Below, in pieces: positions 26,455 through 39,619 of a stretch of DNA of 64,000 bases (the stretch's first letter is position 1; every line of letters begins with the position of its first letter). The stretch lies in the NCBI RefSeq assembly GCF_041886205.1, contig NZ_CP169029.1; one strand, written 5' to 3'. Source of the stretch: Escherichia coli (lineage in GTDB: Bacteria; Pseudomonadota; Gammaproteobacteria; Enterobacterales; Enterobacteriaceae). Under the pieces are notes generated by a model. It was not told where the DNA came from, searched no databases, and saw nothing but the letters and a program-made list of their open reading frames with translations. The position numbers and the translations under genes were made by a program.

Positions 26455-27308
26455 TATGCCGCCTCCACCATGCCAGCTTTGGCCATGCGCGCTTTCACCC
26501 AATCACGCGCTTTCGCCACTTCCGCCGCCGGGTCTTCCGCCGTTTCGCTCCACATCTCAATCAGGTACGGCCCGCAATAGCCACTCTGCTTGAGCGTTTC
26601 GAAGCAACGTTCGAAATCCACCACACCTTCGCCAAACGGCACGTTTTTGAAGACGCCCGGTTTGGTGTCTTTCACATGCACCGCGACGATATGCCCGATT
26701 CCGGCCTGCAACTCCATCTGTACGTCGTTGTCCCACGCCGACAGGTTGCCGATATCCGGGTAGAGCTGGAACCACGGGTTGTTGAGATAGTGCGCGTAAC
26801 CCAGCGCCTTGCTGATGGAGTTCATCAACGGATAATCCATGATCTCCATCGCCAGCGTCACCTGCGCGCGGCTCGCCATCTCAACGCTCTCTTTCAGGCC
26901 GTCACGGAAACGACGACGCGTTTCGTTATTGGCTTCCTGATAGTAAACGTCATAACCCGCCAGCTGGATCACGCGAATGCCAACGTCCTGGGCGAACTGG
27001 ATGGCTTTACGCATAATCTCCAGCCCCTGCGCCCGCACCGCGTCATCTTCGCTGCCCAACGGAAAACGACGATGGGCAGAAAGGCACATGGACGGCACAC
27101 GCACGCCGGTTTCAACAATCGCATTCACCAGCGCCAGACGCTGCTCGCGGCTCCAGTCGAGGCGCGAAAGGCGCTCGTCCGTTTCATCTACCGACATCTC
27201 GACAAAATCAAAGCCCAACGTTTTTGCCAGTTGCAGGCGTTCCAGCCAGCACTCCCCGGCGGGGAGCGCTTTTTCATAGATGCCAAGCGGGATTTGTTTG
27301 GACAACAT
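26454..27308 (-). CDS. ulaE: L-ribulose-5-phosphate 3-epimerase UlaE
   Basis: 284-aa [28 protein letters not shown]. Confidence 0.92.
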   Translation of the reverse strand: MLSKQIPLGIYEKALPAGECWLERLQLAKTLGFDFVEMSVDETDERLSRLDWSREQRLALVNAIVETGVRVPSMCLSAHRRFPLGSEDDAVRAQGLEIMRKAIQFAQDVGIRVIQLAGYDVYYQEANNETRRRFRDGLKESVEMASRAQVTLAMEIMDYPLMNSISKALGYAHYLNNPWFQLYPDIGNLSAWDNDVQMELQAGIGHIVAVHVKDTKPGVFKNVPFGEGVVDFERCFETLKQSGYCGPYLIEMWSETAEDPAAEVAKARDWVKARMAKAGMVEAA

Positions 27309-27317
27309 ATCCGCTCC

Positions 27318-27968
27318 TTAGCCCCACAGTTCAGCGATGGAACGTTTGAACTGACGTGCGGCTTCCACCGGAGAAGCGGCATCACGGATACTACGGCCCG
27401 CGATAAAGACGTGAATCGGAATACCCTTGAACAGCGGCAGATCTTCCAGCGCCAGGCCTCCGGTGACGGTGACTTTGAAGCCCATATCGGAAAGACGTTT
27501 GATCGCGGTGATGTCCGCTTCGCCCCACGCCACGCCTGCGGCCTGCGCGTCACGGCTGCGGTGATAAACCACCTGCTGAATACCTGCGTCGCGCCACTGT
27601 TGCGCCTGTTCCCAGGTCCAGTAACCGGTCAGTTCGATCTGCACGTCGCCGTTAAACTCTTTTGCCACGTCCAGCGCACCTTTGGCGGTGTTGATATCCG
27701 CACAGCAAATTACGGTCACCCAGTCAGCATTGGCTTCGAAGCACATACGAGAAAGAATTTTGCCCGCATCGGCAATTTTGGCGTCTGCCAGCACGATTTT
27801 GTGCGGGTAAAGCGCTTTCAGATCGCGAACCGCACGCACGCCTTCGCCCACGCACAGAATGGTGCCCACTTCGATAATGTCAACTTCTTCGGCAATCAGG
27901 CGAGTGGTTTCGTAGGCGCTATCCATAGTCTGGTTGTCCAGCGCGACTTGCAACATCGGTAATGACAT
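27318..27968 (-). CDS. ulaD: 3-keto-L-gulonate-6-phosphate decarboxylase UlaD
   Basis: ORF 27318..28121, start at [30 protein letters not shown] (216 aa). Confidence 0.92.
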   Translation of the reverse strand: MSLPMLQVALDNQTMDSAYETTRLIAEEVDIIEVGTILCVGEGVRAVRDLKALYPHKIVLADAKIADAGKILSRMCFEANADWVTVICCADINTAKGALDVAKEFNGDVQIELTGYWTWEQAQQWRDAGIQQVVYHRSRDAQAAGVAWGEADITAIKRLSDMGFKVTVTGGLALEDLPLFKGIPIHVFIAGRSIRDAASPVEAARQFKRSIAELWG

Positions 27969-27981
27969 CTTCAATTCCTTC

Positions 27982-28446
27982 TTAAGCTGCCGCGTTGGTG
28001 CGGTCAATGAGATCCAGTACTTCCTGCTCGGTACGGCAGGCACGTAAACGGTCGAAATTTTCTTCATCTTCAAACAGGTTGACGATCTGCATGATGCCCA
28101 CTTCCTGGTGCGTGTTGGCATCGACCGCCGCCATGGTGATGAGGATATCCACCGGGTCGTTATCTTCGTGGTTGAACTCCAGCGGCTTTTTCAGCGTCAC
28201 CAGCGCAAAACCGGTTTTCTTAACGCCCTCTTCCGGGCGACCGTGCGGCATTGCCAGGCCTGGTGCGAGCACAAAGTACGGACCATGCTGTTCAACCGCA
28301 TCCAGAATCGCCTGGTAGTAACGCGGCTCGACAACATCCGCCGCCACCAGCAGGTCAACGCCGATTTTTACTGCGTCCTGCCATGTCTCAGCTTCAGCCT
28401 GCAGGCGGATGGATTTATTCTCCGCCAGCGAATCACGTAATTTCAT
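27982..28446 (-). CDS. ulaC: ascorbate PTS EIIA component UlaC
   Basis: 154-aa [29 protein letters not shown]. Confidence 0.92.
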   Translation of the reverse strand: MKLRDSLAENKSIRLQAEAETWQDAVKIGVDLLVAADVVEPRYYQAILDAVEQHGPYFVLAPGLAMPHGRPEEGVKKTGFALVTLKKPLEFNHEDNDPVDILITMAAVDANTHQEVGIMQIVNLFEDEENFDRLRACRTEQEVLDLIDRTNAAA

Positions 28447-28455
28447 GGCGCGTCC

Positions 28456-28761
28456 TTACTTCACATCCTGCGGGAAATGCGCTTTGATCACTTCCAGCAG
28501 TTTCGGGCCAAAATCGGCAGGAGAGAGCATATTGCGCACGCCAACCACGTATTTGTTGCCGGTCACGGTGATTTCGCCCGCAATGTGCGTAGAAGCGATG
28601 ATGATATCCGCGCCGCTCAACTCGCTTTTGTATTCGCCAACCGCGCAGCTATTTACCGTGTGGTCAATGTTTGATTGGGTTAAAAACTGGTCCACTTTCA
28701 TCTTCATGATCATGGAACTGCCTTGTCCGTTGCCACACACAGCCAGAATACGTACGGTCAT
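28456..28761 (-). CDS. ulaB: ascorbate PTS EIIB component UlaB
   Basis: ORF 28456..28767, start at [20 protein letters not shown] (101 aa). Confidence 0.92.
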   Translation of the reverse strand: MTVRILAVCGNGQGSSMIMKMKVDQFLTQSNIDHTVNSCAVGEYKSELSGADIIIASTHIAGEITVTGNKYVVGVRNMLSPADFGPKLLEVIKAHFPQDVK

Positions 28762-28776
28762 AATCAAAACTCCTTA

Positions 28777-30528
<1,752 letters not shown>

Positions 30529-31593
30529 ATGAGTAAAGTGAAAAGTATCACCCGTGAATCCTGGATCCTGAGCACTTTCCCGGAGTGGGGTAGCTGGTTG
30601 AATGAAGAAATTGAACAAGAACAGGTCGCTTCTGGCACATTTGCGATGTGGTGGCTTGGCTGCACCGGGATCTGGTTAAAATCGGAAGGTGGCACCAACG
30701 TTTGCGTGGATTTCTGGTGCGGCACTGGCAAACAAAGTCACGGTAACCCGTTAATGAAACAGGGTCACCAGATGCAGCGCATGGCTGGCGTGAAAAAACT
30801 GCAGCCAAACCTGCGCACCACCCCGTTTGTTCTTGATCCGTTTGCGATTCGCCAGATCGACGCGGTACTGGCGACTCACGATCACAACGATCATATCGAC
30901 GTTAACGTTGCTGCTGCCGTGATGCAGAACTGTGCTGATGACGTACCGTTCATTGGACCGAAAACCTGTGTGGATTTGTGGATTGGCTGGGGCGTACCGA
31001 AAGAGCGTTGCATCGTGGTCAAACCGGGCGATGTAGTAAAAGTGAAAGACATTGAAATTCATGCGCTTGACGCTTTCGACCGTACTGCACTGATCACCCT
31101 GCCTGCCGATCAAAAAGCGGCTGGCGTACTGCCAGATGGCATGGACGATCGCGCGGTGAACTACCTGTTCAAAACGCCTGGCGGCTCCCTGTATCACAGC
31201 GGCGACTCCCACTACTCTAACTATTATGCGAAGCACGGTAACGAACATCAGATCGACGTGGCTTTAGGTTCATACGGCGAAAACCCGCGCGGTATCACCG
31301 ACAAAATGACCAGCGCCGATATGCTGCGTATGGGTGAAGCCCTGAATGCGAAAGTGGTTATCCCGTTCCACCACGATATCTGGTCAAACTTCCAGGCCGA
31401 TCCGCAAGAGATCCGCGTGCTGTGGGAGATGAAAAAAGATCGTCTGAAGTATGGCTTCAAGCCGTTTATCTGGCAGGTTGGCGGCAAATTTACCTGGCCG
31501 CTGGATAAAGACAACTTCGAGTACCACTATCCGCGCGGTTTCGATGATTGCTTCACTATTGAACCGGATCTGCCGTTCAAGTCATTCCTGTAA
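30529..31593 (+). CDS. ulaG: L-ascorbate-6-phosphate lactonase UlaG (metallo-beta-lactamase fold)
   Basis: ORF 30523..31593, [23 protein letters not shown]; HxHxDH motif [10 protein letters not shown]. Confidence 0.92.
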   Translation: MSKVKSITRESWILSTFPEWGSWLNEEIEQEQVASGTFAMWWLGCTGIWLKSEGGTNVCVDFWCGTGKQSHGNPLMKQGHQMQRMAGVKKLQPNLRTTPFVLDPFAIRQIDAVLATHDHNDHIDVNVAAAVMQNCADDVPFIGPKTCVDLWIGWGVPKERCIVVKPGDVVKVKDIEIHALDAFDRTALITLPADQKAAGVLPDGMDDRAVNYLFKTPGGSLYHSGDSHYSNYYAKHGNEHQIDVALGSYGENPRGITDKMTSADMLRMGEALNAKVVIPFHHDIWSNFQADPQEIRVLWEMKKDRLKYGFKPFIWQVGGKFTWPLDKDNFEYHYPRGFDDCFTIEPDLPFKSFL

Positions 31594-31700
31594 TCTATCG
31601 TTTATACCGGATAGCGTGGAGTAGTTCGCGCTATCCGGCGTAGTATTTCCTGGCTATTTCAAATATCATCTAAAAAAATCAAATTTTATCGGAATAGCTC

Positions 31701-32456
31701 ATGACTGAAGCACAAAGACATCAAATCCTCCTGGAAATGCTCGCACAATTGGGCTTTGTGACCGTTGAGAAAGTCGTTGAGCGTCTGGGAATTTCGCCTG
31801 CCACTGCGCGACGCGATATCAATAAACTTGACGAAAGCGGCAAACTGAAAAAGGTGCGCAATGGCGCAGAAGCTATTACCCAACAGCGCCCGCGCTGGAC
31901 GCCGATGAATCTGCATCAGGCGCAGAATCACGATGAAAAAGTACGTATTGCTAAAGCGGCCTCGCAGCTGGTTAATCCGGGCGAAAGCGTAGTCATCAAC
32001 TGCGGCTCCACCGCGTTTCTGCTTGGGCGGGAAATGTGTGGCAAGCCAGTGCAAATCATCACTAATTATCTACCGCTGGCAAATTACCTGATCGATCAAG
32101 AACATGACAGCGTGATCATTATGGGTGGACAGTACAACAAAAGTCAGTCCATCACTTTAAGCCCGCAGGGCAGCGAAAACAGTCTCTATGCCGGGCACTG
32201 GATGTTTACCAGCGGAAAAGGGCTGACCGCAGAAGGGTTGTATAAAACCGATATGCTGACAGCAATGGCAGAGCAGAAGATGCTGAGCGTGGTAGGGAAA
32301 CTGGTGGTACTGGTTGATAGCAGTAAGATTGGCGAACGCGCGGGAATGCTTTTTAGCCGTGCCGATCAAATCGATATGCTTATCACCGGCAAAAATGCTA
32401 ACCCGGAAATCCTGCAACAACTGGAAGCGCAAGGGGTCAGCATTCTGCGTGTTTAA
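31701..32456 (+). CDS. ulaR: DeoR-family repressor UlaR
   Basis: 251-aa [47 protein letters not shown]. Confidence 0.92.
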
Positions 32457-33202
32457 AGATGCTGGCGGAAAAATGTCACGGCAGCATCTAACGCCTCAGG
32501 CGTAATGCGGTGACGCACGCCTGGCTGCCATGAACAGGTTAGCAGTTTATCCCGTCCCGTCTCGCTTAAGGCCTGCTGCAAACGTAGTGATTCGTCGGCA
32601 GGCACAACGTCATCGTCGAGGCCATGCCACAGCAGTAGAGGTCTGTCACCAAGTTGTTCCAGGTGGTTTGTCGCTTCCCACTCTGCCAGCGGCGCGACAA
32701 TGTTATTGAATTCATTCTGCTGTGCTGCCGTTTCAGGTATCAGCGGTGGAAACAGTGAACGGGCGAGCGATGTAAAATAGCCCGATCCCATCATGCTGGC
32801 GGTACATTTCACCGTGGGGTGGCGAGCGGTAATTCCCAGTGCCGTCATCGCGCCCATCGACGCGCCACCGACTGCCAGACGGTCATCAAGCAGCCAGTTT
32901 TCTTCGGCTATTGCCGCACGTAAAGTACTGAATTCCTGCATACTTTGTAGCAAGATTTGCCAGAATTGATTTAACCGCCGCGCTGCGTCACCACTAAAAC
33001 GGCTACCGTGATCGGGCGCATCCGGCATGATCACCCGCAAACCAGCCTGCGCCAGCGCAACGGCAAAATAGCTATACACCAGACTGGATGAAGTAAAGCC
33101 GTGATAAAAAATTACGCACGGTAACGGGGTATCTTTTTGCCCGACAGGATAAGCATGAAGAACGGGAATATCTGCCAGCTCGCGTGATTCTATTTCAATC
33201 AT
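32453..33202 (-). CDS. yjfP: esterase YjfP (alpha/beta hydrolase)
   Basis: 249-aa ORF, GASMG nucleophile elbow. Confidence 0.88.
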
Positions 33203-33383
33203 CTGTCTCTCCTTTTTGTCTGGTATGACATGAAGAAATCCTTAGCACAAGTTTCTGCTGGCGGTATTAGTTCATAATGTTGAGATGTGGGTTACGCTTT
33301 CGTCACGTTTTCATTCAAAAATCGCGTACCAGGTAACAATTCGGGAACATTCCCCCAAAGTTAAATTAATAAGGCACTACACT

Positions 33384-33713
33384 ATGGTTAGCAGGAAACG
33401 TAATAGCGTTATTTACCGGTTTGCCAGTTTATTATTGGTGTTGATGTTAAGTGCCTGTAGCGCACTGCAAGGTACGCCACAGCCAGCACCGCCAGTAACG
33501 GACCATCCGCAAGAGATTCGCCGCGACCAGACGCAAGGGTTACAGCGAATAGGTAGCGTAAGCACGATGGTTCGGGGTTCTCCGGATGACGCATTAGCAG
33601 AAATCAGAGCGAAAGCTGTCGCTGCAAAAGCTGATTATTACGTTGTCGTCATGGTGGACGAAACCATCGTGACAGGACAGTGGTATTCACAAGCCATTTT
33701 GTACCGTAAATAA
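33384..33713 (+). CDS. bsmA: biofilm stress and motility lipoprotein BsmA (YjfO)
   Basis: ORF 33285..33713, start at MVSRKRNSVIYRFASLLLVLMLSACSA lipobox. Confidence 0.85.
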   Translation: MVSRKRNSVIYRFASLLLVLMLSACSALQGTPQPAPPVTDHPQEIRRDQTQGLQRIGSVSTMVRGSPDDALAEIRAKAVAAKADYYVVVMVDETIVTGQWYSQAILYRK

Positions 33714-33861
33714 ATCAGACAACTTACATAGTCAGCTTTACATTGCTTTGCGTCCCTATGCGTTTACCTGTGCACAATAAATTACCGGCTGGAAGCCTGG
33801 GCGTTTATTACCGCGATGGAATGCCCTGCAACATGTGGGGAAACGAAAAATGGAGCTGACG

Positions 33862-34137
33862 ATGAAACAATTACTTGCCTCACCCTCGCTGCAATTAGTG
33901 ACTTATCCTGCGAGCGCCACGGCACAGTCTGCAGAATTCGCCAGTGCTGACTGCGTGACGGGCCTGAATGAAATAGGTCAGATCTCAGTTAGCAATATTT
34001 CAGGGGATCCGCAGGACGTGGAACGTATCGTGGCGTTAAAGGCCGATGAACAAGGTGCGTCATGGTACCGCATTATTACCATGTACGAAGACCAGCAGCC
34101 TGATAACTGGCGCGTGCAGGCGATACTGTATGCGTGA
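33862..34137 (+). CDS. yjfN: YjfN (DUF1471 small periplasmic protein)
   Basis: ORF 33835..34137, start at MKQLLASPSLQLVTYPASATAQSA. Confidence 0.85.
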   Translation: MKQLLASPSLQLVTYPASATAQSAEFASADCVTGLNEIGQISVSNISGDPQDVERIVALKADEQGASWYRIITMYEDQQPDNWRVQAILYA

Positions 34138-34160
34138 GTGTCATCTACAGCAAATGAACA

Positions 34161-34195
34161 ATGCCGGATGCGGCGCGAGCGCCTTGTCCGGCCTA
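34161..34195. repeat. REP element
   Basis: tgccggatgcggcgcgagcgccttgtccggcctac. Confidence 0.7.
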
Positions 34196-34253
34196 CAATT
34201 TTCACATATTTCATTGAGTTAATCGAAACCAGCGTCGCATCAGTCGTATACGC

Positions 34254-35879
34254 TTACACACACACTCCCCCCGTCGCCCGCAGCAATAAATCATTCTGGA
34301 TCTGCTCTGACAACCGTACGCCGCCGCGCGTATCTAACATCACCTGACACCACGCCTGCGCCATTGGCGGAGAGGCATATTTCAACATTTGCGCACCGCA
34401 GCCCAGCAGGAATAGCTGATGAGTAATCTCTCGCCCCAGTTCTTCAGCTGGCTTACGCAGCTGCTGCTGTAAACGACGAACCGCGCGATCAAAATAGCGA
34501 TCCTGCCCTTTCACTTCCACAAATGCTTCCGACAATAAGTCGTATACGCCCGCTTGCTTATTGAGAACGCGCAGCACATCCAGGCACATAATGTTGCCGG
34601 AACCTTCCCAAATACTGTTTACCGGCATCTCCCGGTAAAGCCGCGGCAGCTCGCTCTCCTCGCAATAACCAATGCCGCCCAGCACCTCCATCGCTTCGGC
34701 CACAAACGGCATACCTCGTTTGCAGATCACAAATTTTGCCGCAGGTGTAAATAAACGCGCCCACAGAGCTTCTTTGGCATCGGCGCGCCGGTCCCACGCT
34801 CGCGCAAGACGAAACAGCAACGCCGTTTGCCCTTCAAGCTGAAGTGCCATGCGACTTAAGACATGACGCATAAGGGGCTGTTGGATCAATGGATTACCAA
34901 AAACATGGCGTTGATGTGCATGATAAATCGCCAGCGAAAATGCACGGCGCATCATGGCATGGCTACCCAGGGCGCAATCAAAACGCGTCATCCCCCCCAT
35001 TTTCAGGATCAGACGAATTCCTTCCCCTTCCTGCCCCAATAACCAGCCAATGGCATCCTGAAACTCCACTTCACAACTGGCGTTAGAGCGATTACCCAGC
35101 TTATCTTTCAGCCGTTCGAGGCGAATCGCGTTGCGTTGCCCGTCAGGCAAAAAGCGCGGCACAAAAAAGCAGGACAAACCGCCCGCGGTCTGCGCCAGCA
35201 CCAGATGCGCATCGCTTTGCGGAACCGAGAAAAACCATTTATGCCCCACCAGCCGATAAGAGCCATCCTCCAGACGCTCTGCGCGGGTGGTGTTGCTCAT
35301 GACATCGGAACCGCCCTGCTTTTCCGTCATTCCCATGCCAATCAACAAACCGCGTTTTTGCCCACCTGGCAATAAGTGAGAATCGTAGCGATCGCTCAAC
35401 AGCGGCGTGGTCCAGTCCTGAAACGGCGTGGGTAACATCTGTAACAACAATGGCGTGGCGGCAAAGGTCATCGTTATTGGACATAACGACCCCGCCTCAA
35501 CCTGTGCGTGCAACATAAAACGCGCCGCGCGCGCCACAAATGCGCCGGAGCGAGCGTCTTCTTCCCAGGCAAGATTGTGCACCCGATTGGTACATAGCGC
35601 CTGCATCAGCAGGTGCCAGGCGGGGTGAAAACGCACATCGTCCAGACGGCGTCCTTGCGCATCGTAGCGCAATAATTCGGGCGGATTCACATTCGCCAGC
35701 CGCCCCAGTTCAAGGGATTCAGCCGTTCCTAACTGCTGACCAATACTGGCTAGAAAATCGCTATCCCAGCCAGCTCCTTCACGCGTTACCGCTTCGCAAA
35801 GCGCGCCATCAGACAGGTATAAGTTGCTGTTATTTAATGGTATAGGTTGATTAAAAACGGTGTGAGTTTGCCAGTGCAC
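34254..35879 (-). CDS. aidB: adaptive-response acyl-CoA dehydrogenase-like protein AidB (apparent GTG start)
   Basis: ORF 34254..35897; VHWQTHTVFNQPIPLNNSNLYLSDGALCEAV... 541 aa from GTG. Confidence 0.9.
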   Translation of the reverse strand: MHWQTHTVFNQPIPLNNSNLYLSDGALCEAVTREGAGWDSDFLASIGQQLGTAESLELGRLANVNPPELLRYDAQGRRLDDVRFHPAWHLLMQALCTNRVHNLAWEEDARSGAFVARAARFMLHAQVEAGSLCPITMTFAATPLLLQMLPTPFQDWTTPLLSDRYDSHLLPGGQKRGLLIGMGMTEKQGGSDVMSNTTRAERLEDGSYRLVGHKWFFSVPQSDAHLVLAQTAGGLSCFFVPRFLPDGQRNAIRLERLKDKLGNRSNASCEVEFQDAIGWLLGQEGEGIRLILKMGGMTRFDCALGSHAMMRRAFSLAIYHAHQRHVFGNPLIQQPLMRHVLSRMALQLEGQTALLFRLARAWDRRADAKEALWARLFTPAAKFVICKRGMPFVAEAMEVLGGIGYCEESELPRLYREMPVNSIWEGSGNIMCLDVLRVLNKQAGVYDLLSEAFVEVKGQDRYFDRAVRRLQQQLRKPAEELGREITHQLFLLGCGAQMLKYASPPMAQAWCQVMLDTRGGVRLSEQIQNDLLLRATGGVCV

Positions 35880-35962
35880 TGTGTCTCCCTCCATCAATGG
35901 CAGTCACCATTAGTATGGTCACTGCCATGGATTCATGACAGAAAGAGATTGCTAAAACATTC

Positions 35963-37126
35963 TTATCCAGCAATGTAATGCGGAACGAAACGTGAGCTGT
36001 CTTTGGTGATCAGCGTGTTATCTTCACGGATCCCCATTCCGCACGCTTCATCATCGACAATCCAGCTACCGATGAGTGTGTAGCTATCGCCAAATCGCGG
36101 CAGAGGTTGAAACGCCTGGTAGATCATCGGTTCATCGGCGTAATCACCATCAGCGTGGTCAACGACGTTATTCTGACCGTCGAAAATGGTGACGTTGCCG
36201 CCTTCGCGCGAGTAGATCGGTTTACGCACATAGCTTTCGCCAGCGGCAATCTGCGATTTTTCACCCTCAAACCAGGATGCAAGAAGGTTAGGATGACCAG
36301 GAAAGAAGCGCCAAAGCAGCGGCATTAGCCCTTTATTACTCAAGATACTTTTCCATAACGGCTCCACCCATTGCTCGCGACGCTTGCGCAGCAGCGGACC
36401 GTTATCGTCACGCATCATCCACTCCAGCGGATACAGCTTAAATGCACGCTGGATGACATTATCATCAAGATCGGTCAGTACGCCGCCGACGCCCAAACCG
36501 AGATCTTCAATGTAGATAAACCGCGACTCCTGCCCTGCCTGCTGGGCGCAGTCCTGCAAGTACAGCACGGTGCTCCTGTCTTCATCGGTGTCCTGACAGC
36601 AGCAAAAATAAAACGGTTCCCGACTGTAAAGCTCACTAAAGCGCGAAATCAGGCGTTCCTGAATGGCATTGTACTGATCGGCATCACGCGGAATAATGCC
36701 GCTGCGCCGGGCATCCTCCAGCCACAACCACTGGAAATAAGCCGACTCATACAACGAGGTCGGCGTATCAGCGTTGTACTCCAGCAACTTAACCGGTGCA
36801 TTGCCACACCAGGCAAAATCCATACGGCCATACAGCGAAGGATCGCGTGCGCGCCAGCTTTCGGCGATCACATCCCAGTACAACGACGGGATCGCCAGTT
36901 GCGTCAGGATCTCTTCGTCTTTAACCGCGCGATCCACCACCTCAAGACACATCTGATGCAGTTCCGCAGTCGGTTTTTCGATCTGCTCTTCAATCTGGCG
37001 CAGAGTAAAACGGTAAGCCCGACTCTCGTCCCAATAGATTTCATTGTCGATGATATGAAAGTCGAAACCGTTGTCAGCGGCGATTTGGTCCAGATCCCGC
37101 CGCACAGGAACGTTGTGTCTCAGCAT
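35963..37126 (-). CDS. yjfC: YjfC, glutathionylspermidine synthase-like ATP-grasp protein
   Basis: ORF 35963..37141, MLRHNVPVRRDLDQIAADNGFDFHIID (387 aa). Confidence 0.88.
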   Translation of the reverse strand: MLRHNVPVRRDLDQIAADNGFDFHIIDNEIYWDESRAYRFTLRQIEEQIEKPTAELHQMCLEVVDRAVKDEEILTQLAIPSLYWDVIAESWRARDPSLYGRMDFAWCGNAPVKLLEYNADTPTSLYESAYFQWLWLEDARRSGIIPRDADQYNAIQERLISRFSELYSREPFYFCCCQDTDEDRSTVLYLQDCAQQAGQESRFIYIEDLGLGVGGVLTDLDDNVIQRAFKLYPLEWMMRDDNGPLLRKRREQWVEPLWKSILSNKGLMPLLWRFFPGHPNLLASWFEGEKSQIAAGESYVRKPIYSREGGNVTIFDGQNNVVDHADGDYADEPMIYQAFQPLPRFGDSYTLIGSWIVDDEACGMGIREDNTLITKDSSRFVPHYIAG

Positions 37127-37128
37127 GA

Positions 37129-37767
37129 TTAGCCTCCCCAATGCCCACGGGCGCTGGAAGAACGACCATAGCCGCCGCGCGAAACGGTCGACGCTTTTCT
37201 GGTGGTAAAGCCGCCTGAAGAGTAAGACTCTTTTTTGCCAGAACCGGAGCGCCAGGAGTAATCACCAGAAGTGTTGCGCCAGACGGGGCGCGAAGCAAAA
37301 GAGGAACCGCCGCTGTTATAAACAAACTGCTCATCGCGATCTTTACGAATAACCCGGCTTAACAAAAATCCAGAAACGACCGGGATCCAACTCTGTTCAA
37401 CGTTGTCGTAGTAACAATTTTCATACTTAGACTGACAATTCTGCTGAGTCATATTCTTCGGAACATCGGCATAAAATGCTGCTTTGGCGTTGTTCCAGCC
37501 ACGCGCGCAAATGTCGGCATTATTACCGTCATCAATACAATCCTGCACAGTCGAGTAAAACGTTCCGTCGCCGTCGTTATCGACATCGCTACTTTCACTC
37601 CATCCTTTGACTATTAAAAAAGCGGCACCGCCCATTAGCGCCAACGTTAAGTATTTTTGTGCGTAGCGATTGCGACGCGGTTCAAAAGGATTATTCGGTC
37701 TACCAATGCGACTGATCGCTCCGTGACCAATTTTACTGTTATTTCTTGATTTGCGTTTTCTGGCCAT
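37129..37767 (-). CDS. yjfM: YjfM (DUF1190 protein)
   Basis: 212-aa ORF MARKRKSRNNSKIGHGAISRIGRPNNPFEP. Confidence 0.85.
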   Translation of the reverse strand: MARKRKSRNNSKIGHGAISRIGRPNNPFEPRRNRYAQKYLTLALMGGAAFLIVKGWSESSDVDNDGDGTFYSTVQDCIDDGNNADICARGWNNAKAAFYADVPKNMTQQNCQSKYENCYYDNVEQSWIPVVSGFLLSRVIRKDRDEQFVYNSGGSSFASRPVWRNTSGDYSWRSGSGKKESYSSGGFTTRKASTVSRGGYGRSSSARGHWGG

Positions 37768-37776
37768 GATCGTCCA

Positions 37777-38175
37777 TTACCATGTCATACAAGCTGCGTT
37801 AAAAATACCGCCAGCCAGCGCGGCGGTTCCCATAAACATTCCTGCTGCGGTATTGTGATTAATAATTTTTTCGCTTAATGCGGGCATATAAAGTCTGACA
37901 CCAGCAAAAACGAGTAACTGAATCACCAGTGCAATCCCGCCCCAGGCGAAATAGTCTGGAATACTCACCGCATTGATTGCCGCACTGGATAAGGGGATCA
38001 CGTAACCCAACAATGTACCGCTGAATGCTAGTGACGCCGCGGTATTATTGTTTTTGATTAATTGCCATTCGTTGTGCGGTGTAATTTTGGAGTAGATAAA
38101 CAGAAAAATAATCACCATAGCCACGCCAATAAAAAAATAGGCGCTAAAGGCAAGAAGTGAATCCAGTATATGCAT
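37777..38175 (-). CDS. yjfL: YjfL (DUF350 inner membrane protein)
   Basis: ORF 37777..38256, start at MHILDSLLAFSAYFFIGVAMVIIFLFIYSK (132 aa). Confidence 0.85.
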   Translation of the reverse strand: MHILDSLLAFSAYFFIGVAMVIIFLFIYSKITPHNEWQLIKNNNTAASLAFSGTLLGYVIPLSSAAINAVSIPDYFAWGGIALVIQLLVFAGVRLYMPALSEKIINHNTAAGMFMGTAALAGGIFNAACMTW

Positions 38176-38192
38176 TGTAAACGTCCTTGTAA

Positions 38193-38852
38193 TTAACCAA
38201 TAATATGAAGTGATGTCAGCGGAATATCGACACCCAACGCGCGCGAAAATAACCACTCTGGCTCGCCGAGATCGTTAAAAGATTCCTCACCATTTAACAG
38301 CAAATATTCGTAAGTATCTTCGGTCACTTGCCGCTGGTAGCCCATGGTAAAATTATGGACCTCCCATTTGGCATGGTTTTGATTTTCTACTTTTTCCAGC
38401 ATGTAGACGGGTTCGATATTTCCCGGTTCTTCGCTGTTAAAAAATCGCTGCCAGCGTTTTCCCTGCCAGTTTAAGGTCATTGCCCCCATCGCTTTAGCGT
38501 TGATCGCCTCGCGCCAGTGACTCTCTTTACTGATACCGTAGCTCTCTTCATAGACAAAGAGCTTGATATCATCAATGTCATCAATATTTTCGCCGCCGGT
38601 GGTATTGATTTGCAGAAACTCATCGCCTGAAGTGTAGTAGCGGAAAATCTGGCTACCGCCGCCCAGATCGATGCGACTGACAGCGGCTACCGTAAATTCC
38701 TCACCCGGCAGCGCAATCAGCAATTCATCTTCCAGCAAACGAAACGCTAACGTGTCAAGCGTAAAGCCACTATTGAGATGAAGTCCCAGCGGACCGCGAG
38801 CGATAGCAGGCTTATTATCCTTGCCAAACAGACGCTGGAAAAAACCAGACAT
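38193..38852 (-). CDS. yjfK: YjfK (DUF2491 protein)
   Basis: 219-aa ORF MSGFFQRLFGKDNKPAIARGPLGLHLNSGFTLD. Confidence 0.85.
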   Translation of the reverse strand: MSGFFQRLFGKDNKPAIARGPLGLHLNSGFTLDTLAFRLLEDELLIALPGEEFTVAAVSRIDLGGGSQIFRYYTSGDEFLQINTTGGENIDDIDDIKLFVYEESYGISKESHWREAINAKAMGAMTLNWQGKRWQRFFNSEEPGNIEPVYMLEKVENQNHAKWEVHNFTMGYQRQVTEDTYEYLLLNGEESFNDLGEPEWLFSRALGVDIPLTSLHIIG

Positions 38853-38902
38853 ATTTTATCCTTAAAATAGTTGCCAGCCTTGCAGTGAGGCTGGCAAAAA
38901 AA

Positions 38903-39601
38903 TTACTCGCCCTGTTGGCGTTGCAGTCTTGCTAATACATCCTGGGCGCTACTTTTATTGCTACCGCCAATTCCGGCTTCCGCCAGCTTTTCGTCAAGGT
39001 CGCGACCGTCTGCGACTTTCTCCAACTGTGCGGCAGCATCCAGGCGAGCCTGACGTTCGGCCTGACGCGTTTGCAGGCGTTTTAAGGATTCTGCCGCTGT
39101 CGAAACGCTGGAAGATGCGCCAACGGTAGAGGTTGTTACAGCCTGTTGTGCACGCTGCATGGCTTCAGTGGCTTTAACGACTTCCATTTGCTGCTCAAAC
39201 TGAGCGATACGCTGCGCTGTCGCTGTAACTGCTTTTTCCACGCCATCACGGGAGACTTCCAGATTCGACAACACTTGCTCTTCAGCGGTAATGAGATTCT
39301 CAAGGCGCGCGATTTCTTCAGCAACTTCGTTAATCAACGACGGATTAACGTTCTTGCTTAACGCTTCCAGCGCACGGGCTTCCAGACTGGCTTTGCGCTC
39401 ACGTAAATCTTTCAGCTTATCGTGACTTAATTTCACCCGCGCCAGCAGATCAACGCGAGATTTTCCGGCTTTATCGAGTTCAGCTTTAGCGTCACGAATA
39501 TGCTGTTCCAGCATGCGCACGCCCTGGGTTTCTTCAATGGATTCTTCCGCCTGGGAGATAAACGATTTCCCCAGCGTAAATAAACTTTTTAAAATTCCCA
39601 T
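38903..39601 (-). CDS. yjfJ: YjfJ, PspA/IM30-family coiled-coil protein
   Basis: 232-aa ORF MGILKSLFTLGKSFISQAEESIEETQGVRMLEQHIRDAKAELDKAGKS. Confidence 0.88.
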   Translation of the reverse strand: MGILKSLFTLGKSFISQAEESIEETQGVRMLEQHIRDAKAELDKAGKSRVDLLARVKLSHDKLKDLRERKASLEARALEALSKNVNPSLINEVAEEIARLENLITAEEQVLSNLEVSRDGVEKAVTATAQRIAQFEQQMEVVKATEAMQRAQQAVTTSTVGASSSVSTAAESLKRLQTRQAERQARLDAAAQLEKVADGRDLDEKLAEAGIGGSNKSSAQDVLARLQRQQGE

Positions 39602-39619
39602 AAATACCCGTCCTTGTAA

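Noticed and set aside
26676-27962. 428-aa plus-strand ORF, the longest unexplained ORF in the track
   Set aside because: Lies entirely antisense to the well-conserved ulaE and ulaD genes and has an Arg/His-rich, low-complexity composition; interpreted as a spurious open frame on the non-coding strand.
36371-37132. 253-aa plus-strand ORF
   Set aside because: Antisense to yjfC; no start-site context or motifs.
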